DNA of 64,000 bases from a virus: the IMG/VR virus record IMGVR_UViG_3300009431_000003; one strand, 5' to 3'. The notes below the pieces were generated by a model. The model worked only from the letters and a program-made list of their open reading frames with translations. It did no database searches and was not told where the DNA came from. Within the stretch, counting starts at the first letter, position 1. The number at the start of each line of letters is the position of its first letter. Of the stretch, positions 1 through 9,011 are shown in pieces. The translations under genes and the position numbers were made by a program.

Positions 1-1
1 T

Positions 2-1351
2 TTGTGCAACCCGTCTTTTTAGAACGGGTAAAAAAGCTGATCTATGGGGGATAAGCCCTGACATACTCATACCTAATTCAGGCATGAACATCTCAGGACT
101 CATTCCGACTGGAGACATATCCTTACAAGGGGAGAATATCTGGTTTGTTTGAGACATACCCCATTCCCGTGCGGGCTTACCCATTTTTATGACCACAATT
201 TTCTGAAATTCTGACGGCTTTAGAGCCACACCTAACCCAGCAAGAGTACTAAGGATATTGCCAAGAGGCAACTCTGACAAAGACTCTAGTTTGGCATCTG
301 GAATGGCGGGCTCTTCGGCACCAAGAAATTGTATATTGTCTTCCGATAAGTTAGATTTAATTTCCTTGTCTATATCGCTGGTTTTTATTTCTGCACTTTG
401 TTTCACGAAGTCCGTAAAAGGAGTAGCTGTCTTTTCTCTTTTAAAAAAGTCCATGTTATCGGAAACCATACCAGCTTCCAGAGCAGCATAAGCAGACGGT
501 ACTTGGTATACCTTTGCCAGCTTTGCCAAAACTTTAGCTGTTTTGTCTGCCCCTAAAAACACAAAAGAGATATCAAAAAATCTTGGAAATAGATTGACTA
601 CATAAACAAGACGCCCATCCGGCAATGTGCGTCCAAGCTGGTTCTTTGCCCAATCACTATATTCGTCTGTAGTAATTGCCAGCCCAGGAAGTCCCACCCT
701 TCCTTGTCGCATAGCCTCAAGCCTTGCCTTAAGAGAAGCACCATAAGGTAAACCTAATAAAGAAAAATGCTCCAGGAGCATTTCTTTAGGGCATCTATAT
801 TCCCATTGTTTCCAGTTTGGGTTTGTAATGGAACAGATATCGAATGGAACCTTACAACCCATCGAAATATCTAGGGGGTCTCCCCTATCAAGACGATCAA
901 GAAGGTCTCCACCAGCAAGTTGTACTGTCTCATTTCTGTTTAAGGAGACAATTAGTTCAACTCGCTCCATTCTGGGGTTCCAAAGAGCTTTATGAACCTC
1001 TCCATATGGTTTGTCTCCCTTTTCTATCTGGTTTTTGTGGTGCCGGAAAGGGTGCCCGTAGACCTCAAAGGTCTTATATCCCCAATCTTCCTGCTCTGTC
1101 CGAGGATGTTTGAGGCCTACTCTATTAAAAAAATCTCCATTGATATTCGCTCCCCATACTTCGCTGGTACCTAAAGCAGATAAGAGCAAATACAATTTAT
1201 CTTGATCGGGTTGGAGTTTGTTCATAAATTGCAATACCCCAGGAAGCATTGGATTCGCTAACTTTGTAAGCACACGCCTACCATCATTCAAAGGTCGGAG
1301 CAAAGGCTCTCCTTTATCTGAAACAGTAGAAAATGTAAGTAGTTTATCCAT
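2..1351 (-). CDS. Putative prohead (capsid maturation) protease, HK97/herpes SH-clan type; runs off the window edge (partial)
   Basis: Not in the ORF track. I translated it by hand from ATG 1351 with no stop to position 2: MDKLLTF...GANINGDFF...HPFRHHKN...VELIV...ISMGCKVPFDICSI...FFDISFVFLGADKTAKVLAKLA...EKTAT. The His and SMG-Ser motifs fit a prohead protease, and it lies in a virion operon. Confidence 0.75.
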   Translation of the reverse strand, partial: MDKLLTFSTVSDKGEPLLRPLNDGRRVLTKLANPMLPGVLQFMNKLQPDQDKLYLLLSALGTSEVWGANINGDFFNRVGLKHPRTEQEDWGYKTFEVYGHPFRHHKNQIEKGDKPYGEVHKALWNPRMERVELIVSLNRNETVQLAGGDLLDRLDRGDPLDISMGCKVPFDICSITNPNWKQWEYRCPKEMLLEHFSLLGLPYGASLKARLEAMRQGRVGLPGLAITTDEYSDWAKNQLGRTLPDGRLVYVVNLFPRFFDISFVFLGADKTAKVLAKLAKVYQVPSAYAALEAGMVSDNMDFFKREKTATPFTDFVKQSAEIKTSDIDKEIKSNLSEDNIQFLGAEEPAIPDAKLESLSELPLGNILSTLAGLGVALKPSEFQKIVVIKMGKPAREWGMSQTNQIFSPCKDMSPVGMSPEMFMPELGMSMSGLIPHRSAFLPVLKRRVAQ

Positions 1352-1392
1352 AACTTCCCGAAATATCACACGAAATTAGTAACTATAGTCTT

Positions 1393-1962
1393 CTAACCAA
1401 GACCAATCGCTGCCTTAAGTTGCTGTAGTTTCGATGGAGGTGCTGCTCTACGAGCTTTAAGGGCTTGAACAAGCTTCTTTGCTAAGAGGGTTCCGCCCAC
1501 ACCAGCACCTACACCAAGAGCTGCTATGCCAGGCTTGGTGCTTGCACCATAAGCCCCAAGCTGACCTATATTTTGAATAGCTTGACCGCCGCGACTACCT
1601 GCAATAGCAGATGCACCGCCGGCAATTCCACTACCCAATGATTTGGCACCCCCGGCAAGACCGCTGCCAACATCTGCTAAGGAGGTATTCAGGACTTTGC
1701 TTCCCGCACCTCTTAGTCCTGCTACGCCCCTTAAAGCTACGCCAGGTGCTGCATCTATTCCTCTTGAAGCTGCATTGGGAAGTTGTCCACCACTTCTGCC
1801 AGCAGAAGCCCCACCAACAAAATGTAACTTGTTTAGGCCTTTTTTACCTGCAGCAACACCTCTGGTAAATCTGCCCGCTTCTTTTTCCATTTCCTCCATT
1901 TCAGCAAGATAAGGAAAAGGATTCTGATTAATTTCTGTAAGAGCCGCCACTTTCTCAAGCAT
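1393..1962 (-). CDS. Gly/Ala-rich basic putative virion (internal/ejection) protein
   Basis: 189 aa. N-terminal LEKVAA and MEKEAG motifs, GxxxG-rich hydrophobic C-terminal segment, co-oriented with the protease. Confidence 0.6.
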   Translation of the reverse strand: MLEKVAALTEINQNPFPYLAEMEEMEKEAGRFTRGVAAGKKGLNKLHFVGGASAGRSGGQLPNAASRGIDAAPGVALRGVAGLRGAGSKVLNTSLADVGSGLAGGAKSLGSGIAGGASAIAGSRGGQAIQNIGQLGAYGASTKPGIAALGVGAGVGGTLLAKKLVQALKARRAAPPSKLQQLKAAIGLG

Positions 1963-1989
1963 TACTGCCTCCTTTAATTTCGTTATGTA

Positions 1990-2736
1990 TTATAGTTCTC
2001 CTGAAGGGAGTGCTTTTTCCGTCCCGCGCCTAACGCTCTCGCCTATAACAGAAGGCTTAACAGCGTCTCGCTCCGCACGGATTAACTCATTTACTGTTTT
2101 AAGGTCAAATACCGGAGCACCGCTCTGCATAGTAGAACTGGCTACCGCGTTCCGTACTAATAGCCCGGTAACCAGAGGGTCCGCAGATATCTTCTTATTA
2201 TATCTTCGTATAGTCTCAAAGGCAGACCTTACTGCTTTGGCGGGATATTGCTTCTTCAGATCAGGGTTGGAGTCCAATAACTGCTGAAAATCCCCTTCCC
2301 TTGTGGCCTTCTCATGAAGTAGGCTTAGTACTTTACCGCCTACCCGTTCAACTCCCGCTCCCGCTGCCAAGCTTCCTCCAACAATCAAAGGATAAGCCAT
2401 CAGAGGGTTTGCTTTTATTGTTCCTCGAACCCCTGTGGGTCTGAATAGTCTACCTTTAACCTTTTCACCGGCGCCAGTAGCAATAGGCTTTACAAAATCC
2501 TGAAGCCCTGGAACTCGACTAATTGCATTAACTATAGAGTCCACAGCCTTAAACCGACTTAACCTCTTATTTAATCTATGGCCTTTCTCTTTTAAATCAA
2601 ATTCTCTATTCCACTCTATCTCTTCCGGGCGCCATTGCGCTGTCTTTGTGTACCAACGATGATCACATCCAAGTTTCGTCCTAGCCCTGTTTATTGCTTT
2701 GGCTAATCTTATAGTTCTGACTATCTCATTTTCCAT
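1990..2736 (-). CDS. Hypothetical virion-associated protein with one hydrophobic segment
   Basis: 248 aa ORF in the operon. YTKTAQ motif and the hydrophobic stretch LMAYPLIVGGSLAAGAGV. Confidence 0.6.
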   Translation of the reverse strand: MENEIVRTIRLAKAINRARTKLGCDHRWYTKTAQWRPEEIEWNREFDLKEKGHRLNKRLSRFKAVDSIVNAISRVPGLQDFVKPIATGAGEKVKGRLFRPTGVRGTIKANPLMAYPLIVGGSLAAGAGVERVGGKVLSLLHEKATREGDFQQLLDSNPDLKKQYPAKAVRSAFETIRRYNKKISADPLVTGLLVRNAVASSTMQSGAPVFDLKTVNELIRAERDAVKPSVIGESVRRGTEKALPSGEL

Positions 2737-3625
2737 AATCGAGCCCTATCTGCTGCATAATCTCGTTGTGCTTGTTCTCTGTAGCAGCAAGAATATCCGT
2801 CTGTACAGCCAAAGCTTCCATATAGGAAGCAGCCGCCGCCGCCGATTTCACTAAAGCGTGTTCGGGATTTGGTGTCCTAAATCGCAGAACGTGAAGACTC
2901 TCCTTCAGCTTTTTTACACTTGACCCTGTCTTCTCAATAATTTGATCGAGCATCAGTCCGCTTAGCTCCCGAGCCACTATATTATTTGGACTGGCATACT
3001 TACAAATAACGCTCAACTCTCCCAGAGAAGTAGAGCCATCAAGAAAGGCTCTTGTTGCTTCTTCTCCAAAATCTTCGGCAATATGAGCTACTTTATACTG
3101 AAGACTTGCAGTTTTAGCCTGTTCATTGCCCAAACTTTCCTTTACAGAAGAAGCTTCAAGGATTTCCTTACGCCCAGGCTCGGCAGGAAGGAGGTCACCA
3201 TTTCCCTCATGCTTGAATATCTCTTCAAGAGAGGGACTGAAGCTGGCTTTATAATCTTCTGGCGGAGTAGAATAGGCAAAGGAATCCTCTTTAAGTTTGT
3301 CTTCCCGTACAATAGGATCTAAGCGGTCTGCAATGATACCGTCCCAAAGAACCTTAGAACTTGCCGGATCAAATTGCACATTCTTGTCTTCTTCTGTTTT
3401 AAACTTTTGTGTAAAGACATCTACATTAGCCTGCTCTACAATACGATGAACCTGATCCTGATTAAGTCCCGGATTTTTTGATAAAAGGGCAGCCAGAATA
3501 TCACTGAGACTCTTTTCATTATCTTGTAGAAAAGTCATTGCCCCTTCTCGGGCAATTCCACGAAGAGTTTCAGGGGTATAAGTTTCTGTGCCAAGCGTTT
3601 CAAAGGAATTTAAGATATCCTGCAT
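2726..3625 (-). CDS. Hypothetical protein, first gene of the protease operon
   Basis: 299 aa with a GGAG RBS. KTAS, KVAH and KSAA motifs; overlaps the next gene. Confidence 0.65.
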   Translation of the reverse strand: MQDILNSFETLGTETYTPETLRGIAREGAMTFLQDNEKSLSDILAALLSKNPGLNQDQVHRIVEQANVDVFTQKFKTEEDKNVQFDPASSKVLWDGIIADRLDPIVREDKLKEDSFAYSTPPEDYKASFSPSLEEIFKHEGNGDLLPAEPGRKEILEASSVKESLGNEQAKTASLQYKVAHIAEDFGEEATRAFLDGSTSLGELSVICKYASPNNIVARELSGLMLDQIIEKTGSSVKKLKESLHVLRFRTPNPEHALVKSAAAAASYMEALAVQTDILAATENKHNEIMQQIGLDYGK

Positions 3626-3654
3626 ACTTTACTCCAAATGCTGAATATGTTCAT

Positions 3655-3684
3655 AGAGTACCTTCCTTAAAATATCTATGTCAA
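3655..3684 (-). promoter_or_regulatory. sigma70-like promoter TTGACA-N18-TACTCT for the protease operon
   Basis: Plus-strand TGTCAA at 3679-3684 and AGAGTA at 3655-3660, 30 nt upstream of ATG 3625. Confidence 0.65.
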
Positions 3685-3704
3685 GCCCTAAAACAGGACG
3701 ATCG

Positions 3705-3733
3705 TTGACAAAAATGCCCCAGGGTGGTACCAT
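3705..3733 (+). promoter_or_regulatory. sigma70-like promoter TTGACA-N17-TACCAT with extended -10 TG; probably gives a leaderless mRNA
   Basis: TTGACA at 3705-3710 and TGG-TACCAT at 3725-3733. ATG 3741 lies 7 nt downstream with no SD. Confidence 0.65.
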
Positions 3734-3740
3734 CCGGTCC

Positions 3741-4280
3741 ATGAAATGGTTAACCATACAAGAAACAATGAAACAATTAAATAAAAGTAGGGCAACAATA
3801 TATCGACTTATCAAAAGGGGCCGGTTAAAAAAGAAACGAGAGGGGAAAAAAGCCCTCATAAGCAAAAGAAGCATTACAGCTCTCATTAACCAAACCCAAG
3901 GAATACCTTCTTTTGAATTGTATCAAAGAATAAAAAAGTTAGAAGAAGAGATTGGTAATATTCAAAAAGTATTAAGTATCCCCTCAAAAAGTTCTTGGGT
4001 ACCGCAAGAGGTACCTCTATTTAAAAGAGTAATACAAGATATAGTAAATTCCAATACTTTGGGCCATAAGGTACATAGCTTTAGGGATTACATTAGAAGA
4101 CTACCTATAGAGCAAGTCGCCAGCGTTTTTATATCCACAAAGGAAGTAGATTTTTGCTACAGTGCTCTTATAAAATACTTAATAGAACAGTACGACTTAG
4201 AGGCACTCGAAGGTATTTTACAACTACGACAACGTATCGAGCTCATAAAGATACAAATAACTTCGACTAAGCCGCAATAG
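3741..4280 (+). CDS. Excisionase/MerR-superfamily HTH DNA-binding protein
   Basis: MKWLTIQETMKQLNKSRATIYRLIKRGRL is a Xis-type HTH, followed by the coiled coil ELYQRIKKLEEEI. Start moved from 3678 to 3741. Confidence 0.75.
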   Translation: MKWLTIQETMKQLNKSRATIYRLIKRGRLKKKREGKKALISKRSITALINQTQGIPSFELYQRIKKLEEEIGNIQKVLSIPSKSSWVPQEVPLFKRVIQDIVNSNTLGHKVHSFRDYIRRLPIEQVASVFISTKEVDFCYSALIKYLIEQYDLEALEGILQLRQRIELIKIQITSTKPQ

Positions 4281-6012
4281 CCTGGTTGAATATATCATCT
4301 CGTTTAAAAATTATTGTAGATCCCATGAAACAGAAAAGTAACGAATGGAAAGCATCGTCTTGTGTCCCAAGAGAGTGTTTGAATTCTGTAAGTCTTCTGA
4401 TATGATTATATTCAGCAAAGATAGCCAGGAAATCTTTAGCAAAAGGCTCAAATATTTCATATCGTGGAAAATCAAAATAGATGCCTCTTTTAATCGCCGA
4501 GAAAATATCTTGCATAATCTCTGTTCTATTAAGGAGGAATCGTTTGAGGGAACCTTCCCACTTCATTTTCTGACGTAGCTGGCCGGCATGCTGAAATTGG
4601 ATTACCCTGGTTGGGCCAAAACGGTTTAGGAGTTCTCTATTTTGATAAAAACCGGAGCCGTAATCACAGGCTATTATTTTAGGCTTCCATTGGTCTATAA
4701 TACGTATAATCTTTTCGAGCTGGATAACGGGATCAATTTCATTCCCCTCGAACCTATGTATAAAGAATACCCGGAACCTATCATTGATATAAGCTGCCAA
4801 AGTCAGCACCGTATACGAGGTATGGGTCTGCCCTGCTTGTCCCCAGTCAATACCGCAAAATATTGGCGTGGACCCGTGAGAGATGGAACTTTTCAATTTA
4901 ACCAGTTCCTCTGCCGAAAATTCATAGTCTCGACAATTATTTAAAATATCAGTTTTGGTAAGGGGCTTGGATCCCGATTCACAACTCAGGCCTAATACTT
5001 CATTATAGAATCGAGCTTGTCCATATCTCTTCTGAAAATCGAGGACTTCTGACCAACCATCCGCAATAACCCAAGGAACCATAATCTGAGGGATACGAAA
5101 GCCTTCAAATGGATGGGTAACCAAAGGAGTATTCATACGGACCCAATGTGCTGCTGAATGATTAGGGTTAATTATATTTCCACAGTTGGTACAAATAGGG
5201 CCACGCAATCCGATACTTTTTGGGCCGAGAATATTCCAATGAAATTTATGTATTGTACTGGCCTTACAGGTACAAGGAACCACCCACTCATTCTGGGTTG
5301 AGAATTTTTCCCAGTATTGCTCGATGGTATTATCAACGGTAAGAGGAGTCCCTGCATAGAGATACAATTTATAAGGAGAATGAGATAGGGCCTGTTCGAT
5401 GACTGGAATATTATCGACCAGAATATTCTGTATCTCGTCAATCATCAAATAATCCGCGGGAATACCCCGGACGCGATCAGCATTAAGGAAGGCATACCTG
5501 AGACGTACCTTCGTACCGTTTATCATTTCTTTTTCAAGGACACTGTCCTGCCTATACATAAAGGGAAACCACGCCTGCAGAATCTCTGACTGTCGAATAA
5601 CCTGGGTTAATCGTTCCCTGGAAAACTCTTTTGTTTGGAGCATGGAAGGAGAGACGTACAAAGGCGCTGAGTTTGGAACTAAAGCCCCAAAAGATAGTAT
5701 CTTGTTACCGAGGGTTGTGGACTTCTCAACCTGCCGGCCACAACGAAGAAGTACATGCCTGGACGGAGTATCATAAATATCTTTAAGGTACCTTCGTCCT
5801 TCAAAAGAAAAGGGATCTAATGTGTTGGTAAGCTTATTAGGCATCCTTACAGCAAACTCAGTAAATTGTGATGGCAGAACAGGCTGGCGCCTGTTTCTCT
5901 GTTCTGCTGTCCTACGAGTTTCAAGATAAGACACTTCCTTTGGGAGATTTTCGCCGCTTTTTTTAAGTATTTTCCGTCGAGAAGCTCTGTACCTTATTGC
6001 ATCAACCGGCAT
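4267..6012 (-). CDS. terL: Terminase large subunit (gpA-like)
   Basis: Walker A-like CGRQVEKST, Walker B YLMIDE, coupling motif GTP, and RNase H-like nuclease motifs GIDWG and DDAFHS. Confidence 0.88.
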   Translation of the reverse strand: MPVDAIRYRASRRKILKKSGENLPKEVSYLETRRTAEQRNRRQPVLPSQFTEFAVRMPNKLTNTLDPFSFEGRRYLKDIYDTPSRHVLLRCGRQVEKSTTLGNKILSFGALVPNSAPLYVSPSMLQTKEFSRERLTQVIRQSEILQAWFPFMYRQDSVLEKEMINGTKVRLRYAFLNADRVRGIPADYLMIDEIQNILVDNIPVIEQALSHSPYKLYLYAGTPLTVDNTIEQYWEKFSTQNEWVVPCTCKASTIHKFHWNILGPKSIGLRGPICTNCGNIINPNHSAAHWVRMNTPLVTHPFEGFRIPQIMVPWVIADGWSEVLDFQKRYGQARFYNEVLGLSCESGSKPLTKTDILNNCRDYEFSAEELVKLKSSISHGSTPIFCGIDWGQAGQTHTSYTVLTLAAYINDRFRVFFIHRFEGNEIDPVIQLEKIIRIIDQWKPKIIACDYGSGFYQNRELLNRFGPTRVIQFQHAGQLRQKMKWEGSLKRFLLNRTEIMQDIFSAIKRGIYFDFPRYEIFEPFAKDFLAIFAEYNHIRRLTEFKHSLGTQDDAFHSLLFCFMGSTIIFKRDDIFNQAIAA

Positions 6013-6080
6013 AATTATCCTAAAGAAGTTGTTATCTTTAAAGATTATAGGTAAAAAAGAAATAAAGCAAGAGGGAGATT

Positions 6081-6443
6081 ATGACTAACGAGGAACGGAG
6101 ATTATGGTCATTTGGAAATGCAATAATTAGTGCTATAACATATTGGTGTGGATCATCCATCCAAAAGAAGAAGTATCGACAAACGGGCGGGCCTTATAAG
6201 GGTATTCTTTCTCTTCTGTTTGGTGAAGGAGTTAAATCTCCCGCTCTTACTTATTCGACGGTACAGAGGCTATTAAATATTCTACTACGGGAGCATAAAA
6301 CAATTACATTAGAGCATTTAAAAGTTGAAGCTAACTGGATACAGCTTACTTTAATTGTAGCCCCTGAAAAGGAAAAGGTGATTCTGGATACGATAACAGA
6401 AGAAGAATTAAACGAAATAAGAAAAAGGAGTAAAGATGGATAA
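6081..6443 (+). CDS. Hypothetical protein
   Basis: 120 aa with a GGGAG RBS; overlaps the next ORF. Confidence 0.55.
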   Translation: MTNEERRLWSFGNAIISAITYWCGSSIQKKKYRQTGGPYKGILSLLFGEGVKSPALTYSTVQRLLNILLREHKTITLEHLKVEANWIQLTLIVAPEKEKVILDTITEEELNEIRKRSKDG

Positions 6444-6744
6444 TGCAATTTTAAAAACCTGTCAGATCGCTGCTACTTTTGGTATATGGTTCAAGAGCCC
6501 AATAGCTAATAATGAATTTATAAAGTTCCAAAAAGCAATGGGAAAGAAAAACTATATTTATGTTGTATCTTTGAATAGTCATGAAGACAGTAGAATAATT
6601 TTATTTACAGTTGACTTACGAGAATGCTCAGGCGGGCTTACTAATATAACTAAAGCTCTTGATTTCTTCGATGAGCAGGCTATTGAGTGTTTAAAGGTGC
6701 CTCTTTCTGAAACAACCCTCTATAACCAAAAGGATATAAATTAA
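6436..6744 (+). CDS. Hypothetical protein
   Basis: 102 aa with an AAGGAG RBS; TAATG coupling to RNase HII. Confidence 0.55.
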   Translation: MDNAILKTCQIAATFGIWFKSPIANNEFIKFQKAMGKKNYIYVVSLNSHEDSRIILFTVDLRECSGGLTNITKALDFFDEQAIECLKVPLSETTLYNQKDIN

Positions 6745-7319
6745 TGCTGATTTGTGGGCTTGATGAAGTGGGAATGGGTGCGATGGCGGGTCCTATGTAT
6801 ACAGTCGCCGCCGTTTTTGATCGTGAATTTCCTCCAGAAGGTGTGACAATAAAGGACAGTAAGAAAATGACTTCTAGTACTAGAGAAATAGCATTTTATG
6901 GCATCCTTCCTATTACGGTAGCTGTTTCTCTCGGTTATTTATATCCACAAGAAATAAATAAAATAGGTATGAGTAAGGGCTGGCAGTTATGCTGCCAAAG
7001 AGCACTTACTGCACTAAAAGTAAGACCCGAACTCTTATTGGTAGACGGAATAACCGCCATAAGAGATACCCCCTTTACCTGTAAACAAAAAGTTATTGTA
7101 AAAGGGGACGATAAATATTGGCAAATCTCAGCGGCGGCTATTATAGCAAAAGTCTTACGAGATAATTTAATGAAGGATCTCCACAGAGAATTTCCCTGGT
7201 ATGCCTGGGGACAAAATAAAGGATATGGTGGAGCCAAAAACCATAAACAAGGAGTACAAAAATATGGGCCACATTCAGAACTACATCGCACATCCTGGAA
7301 ATGGAAAGGAGTATGGTAA
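6744..7319 (+). CDS. rnhB: Ribonuclease HII
   Basis: GLDEVG.G..AGP, DSKK, VKGD, ISAAAIIAKV.RD and NKGYG motifs. Confidence 0.93.
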   Translation: MLICGLDEVGMGAMAGPMYTVAAVFDREFPPEGVTIKDSKKMTSSTREIAFYGILPITVAVSLGYLYPQEINKIGMSKGWQLCCQRALTALKVRPELLLVDGITAIRDTPFTCKQKVIVKGDDKYWQISAAAIIAKVLRDNLMKDLHREFPWYAWGQNKGYGGAKNHKQGVQKYGPHSELHRTSWKWKGVW

Positions 7320-7867
7320 TGAGGGATAAACCAGCAGCGGCAGGACCAAAACCGAAACAGAGCCTGGGTGATATTAATGAAGGATTCAAGCAAATAGGTA
7401 AAGAGTGGTTGAGTAAGCAGGGCTATAGTACAAAACCAATCAGATTAAAGATACTACACAAAAAATGCTTTAGTGCTATGTATGGCACCGTAGCTCAGGT
7501 TGTTGGGGCATCCCCTTCAGAGGATCGCGGCCCGCATGCTATCTTTCACTTTTTTGCTCCCAGAGCAATGATGGAAGGACAAGTCAGAGAAGCTCGCCGC
7601 AAAAGCTATATTCTCCATAATCGCTTTGGGCAGATATTTGCAGATAGTTGGAAAGAAGTAATTGGGGACCGAGAATATACATTTGAACTGCTTCAGGAAG
7701 AAGTAGTGGGCATGCAAATGCAAGGCCCAGAAGGGCAAGGATTTGATAGTTGGTGTCTACGGGCTTTTGGTAGGCCGTTGTCTGACGAAAACACTAAAAT
7801 ACTTCAGGAGCTTCTGAATCATTTTGATGTAAATCTCGTACCCTTTCTTGACTTGATGAGTCGGTGA
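7319..7867 (+). CDS. Hypothetical protein
   Basis: The in-frame ATG at 7319 overlaps the rnhB stop (TAATG); the ORF track starts it at 7301. Confidence 0.55.
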   Translation: MRDKPAAAGPKPKQSLGDINEGFKQIGKEWLSKQGYSTKPIRLKILHKKCFSAMYGTVAQVVGASPSEDRGPHAIFHFFAPRAMMEGQVREARRKSYILHNRFGQIFADSWKEVIGDREYTFELLQEEVVGMQMQGPEGQGFDSWCLRAFGRPLSDENTKILQELLNHFDVNLVPFLDLMSR

Positions 7868-8246
7868 TATTAAACACCGCCCCAGGGCCTACACCGTATC
7901 TGGCACAGAAACCTTCAGGAACTTCGAGAGCAAACCTTGATGCTCCTGAAAAGGTTTCTGTGGTATAAGCCGGCATGGTAATACAAGAATCAACTACCCA
8001 AGCTTCATCAAGGAAAATTGCATCTAGGCCAAAAGGCACATCTTTCATCCATAAATGAATATGCTTGACGGAAGGGACAGGGACGAATAAAATACCTTCC
8101 TCATCTTCTGGTTCGTCCCTGCCACTAAATCCCTCCATCAAATCTTCGGGGGTGTGGGCCACATCGATTCGTAGTTGTACACTGTGACTCACACCCTCCA
8201 CACCTACATTGGTCTTGAGTATTTCCGCTGGAAGGCCAATAATCAT
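7794..8246 (-). CDS. DUF192 family protein
   Basis: DVAHTPEDLMEG...GILF...LWMKDVPFGLDAIFLD...FALEV...GVGPG pattern. Confidence 0.8.
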   Translation of the reverse strand: MIIGLPAEILKTNVGVEGVSHSVQLRIDVAHTPEDLMEGFSGRDEPEDEEGILFVPVPSVKHIHLWMKDVPFGLDAIFLDEAWVVDSCITMPAYTTETFSGASRFALEVPEGFCARYGVGPGAVFNITDSSSQERVRDLHQNDSEAPEVF

Positions 8247-8788
8247 TGTATCCCTTTGATTCTTGGGATTATATTACCTCTACCAGTCGCTTCAAGTTGC
8301 CTATTTAGATATGGAGTAAGTCGCCTAATAGCGTGACGCGACAATCTCTGAGACTCCCCAAAAGAAAACACATTACGCCCAGATGTAGAGGGCACGTTAT
8401 ATCGGATATTGTTTATAGCGGAGTTTAATGATTTGGCTTCACCTGATGCTGCGCGAAGCTGCTTGAAATTACTCACTGCAGCTTTAGCCCCAGGACCTGT
8501 ATAATTTCTCAGCATATTGTGTTCACGTAAAAGGACAGAAGGAGATAAATGCCCATAAAAGCCACTCTTCATACCAAGCCTGCTATCCAGACTATTTACT
8601 ACTTTTTTTACTGCGCTTTTTGATCCCTTCATCGCCGCTCTCTCAGCAAATTCATGTCCCAAAGTTAGCCCAAGACCAGCTCTATCACTGCTCGCAGAGG
8701 GTGCTAGGCGATTTGGGGACAACCTATCCATCGTATTTTTTGCGAGCTTAGTTGGGTTAACATATACCCCTTTGTTTTTTACAGGCAT
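8243..8788 (-). CDS. Basic hypothetical protein (possible virion/DNA-binding)
   Basis: 181 aa, Arg/Lys-rich, PTKLAK near the N-terminus; ATGA overlap with the DUF192 gene. Confidence 0.5.
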   Translation of the reverse strand: MPVKNKGVYVNPTKLAKNTMDRLSPNRLAPSASSDRAGLGLTLGHEFAERAAMKGSKSAVKKVVNSLDSRLGMKSGFYGHLSPSVLLREHNMLRNYTGPGAKAAVSNFKQLRAASGEAKSLNSAINNIRYNVPSTSGRNVFSFGESQRLSRHAIRRLTPYLNRQLEATGRGNIIPRIKGIQ

Positions 8789-8840
8789 ACTTATCCGCTT
8801 ACGAAGTCTATCAAGTAAATGTGAAGGGTAAGTCGTCCAA

Positions 8841-8981
8841 CTAGGGGCCCTCTATAATCACCTGCTTTGTTGTTGCGTCAAACAATGCCGGAGAATGTTG
8901 ATCTGTTTTAGAGATAAAAATGACTCCTTTATTATCTAATAACCTAACAAGCTTTCTACTATCAACAGAGAGTTTTGTCAT
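8841..8981 (-). CDS. Possible 46-aa hypothetical protein
   Basis: Hand-translated as MTKLSVDSRKLVRLLDNKGVIFISKTDQHSPALFDATTKQVIIEGP; fills the intergenic gap; weak RBS. Confidence 0.3.
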   Translation of the reverse strand: MTKLSVDSRKLVRLLDNKGVIFISKTDQHSPALFDATTKQVIIEGP

Positions 8982-9011
8982 CTCGCTAAAAAAAAGAATC
9001 TGGAAACATTT

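Noticed and set aside
3678-3740. N-terminal extension of the HTH ORF
   Set aside because: It overlaps both promoters, and the HTH starts at Met 3741.
6044-6070. terL promoter TTGCTT-N15-TATAAT (minus strand)
   Set aside because: The -10 is perfect, but the -35 is weak with a 15-bp spacer, so I did not list it as a feature.
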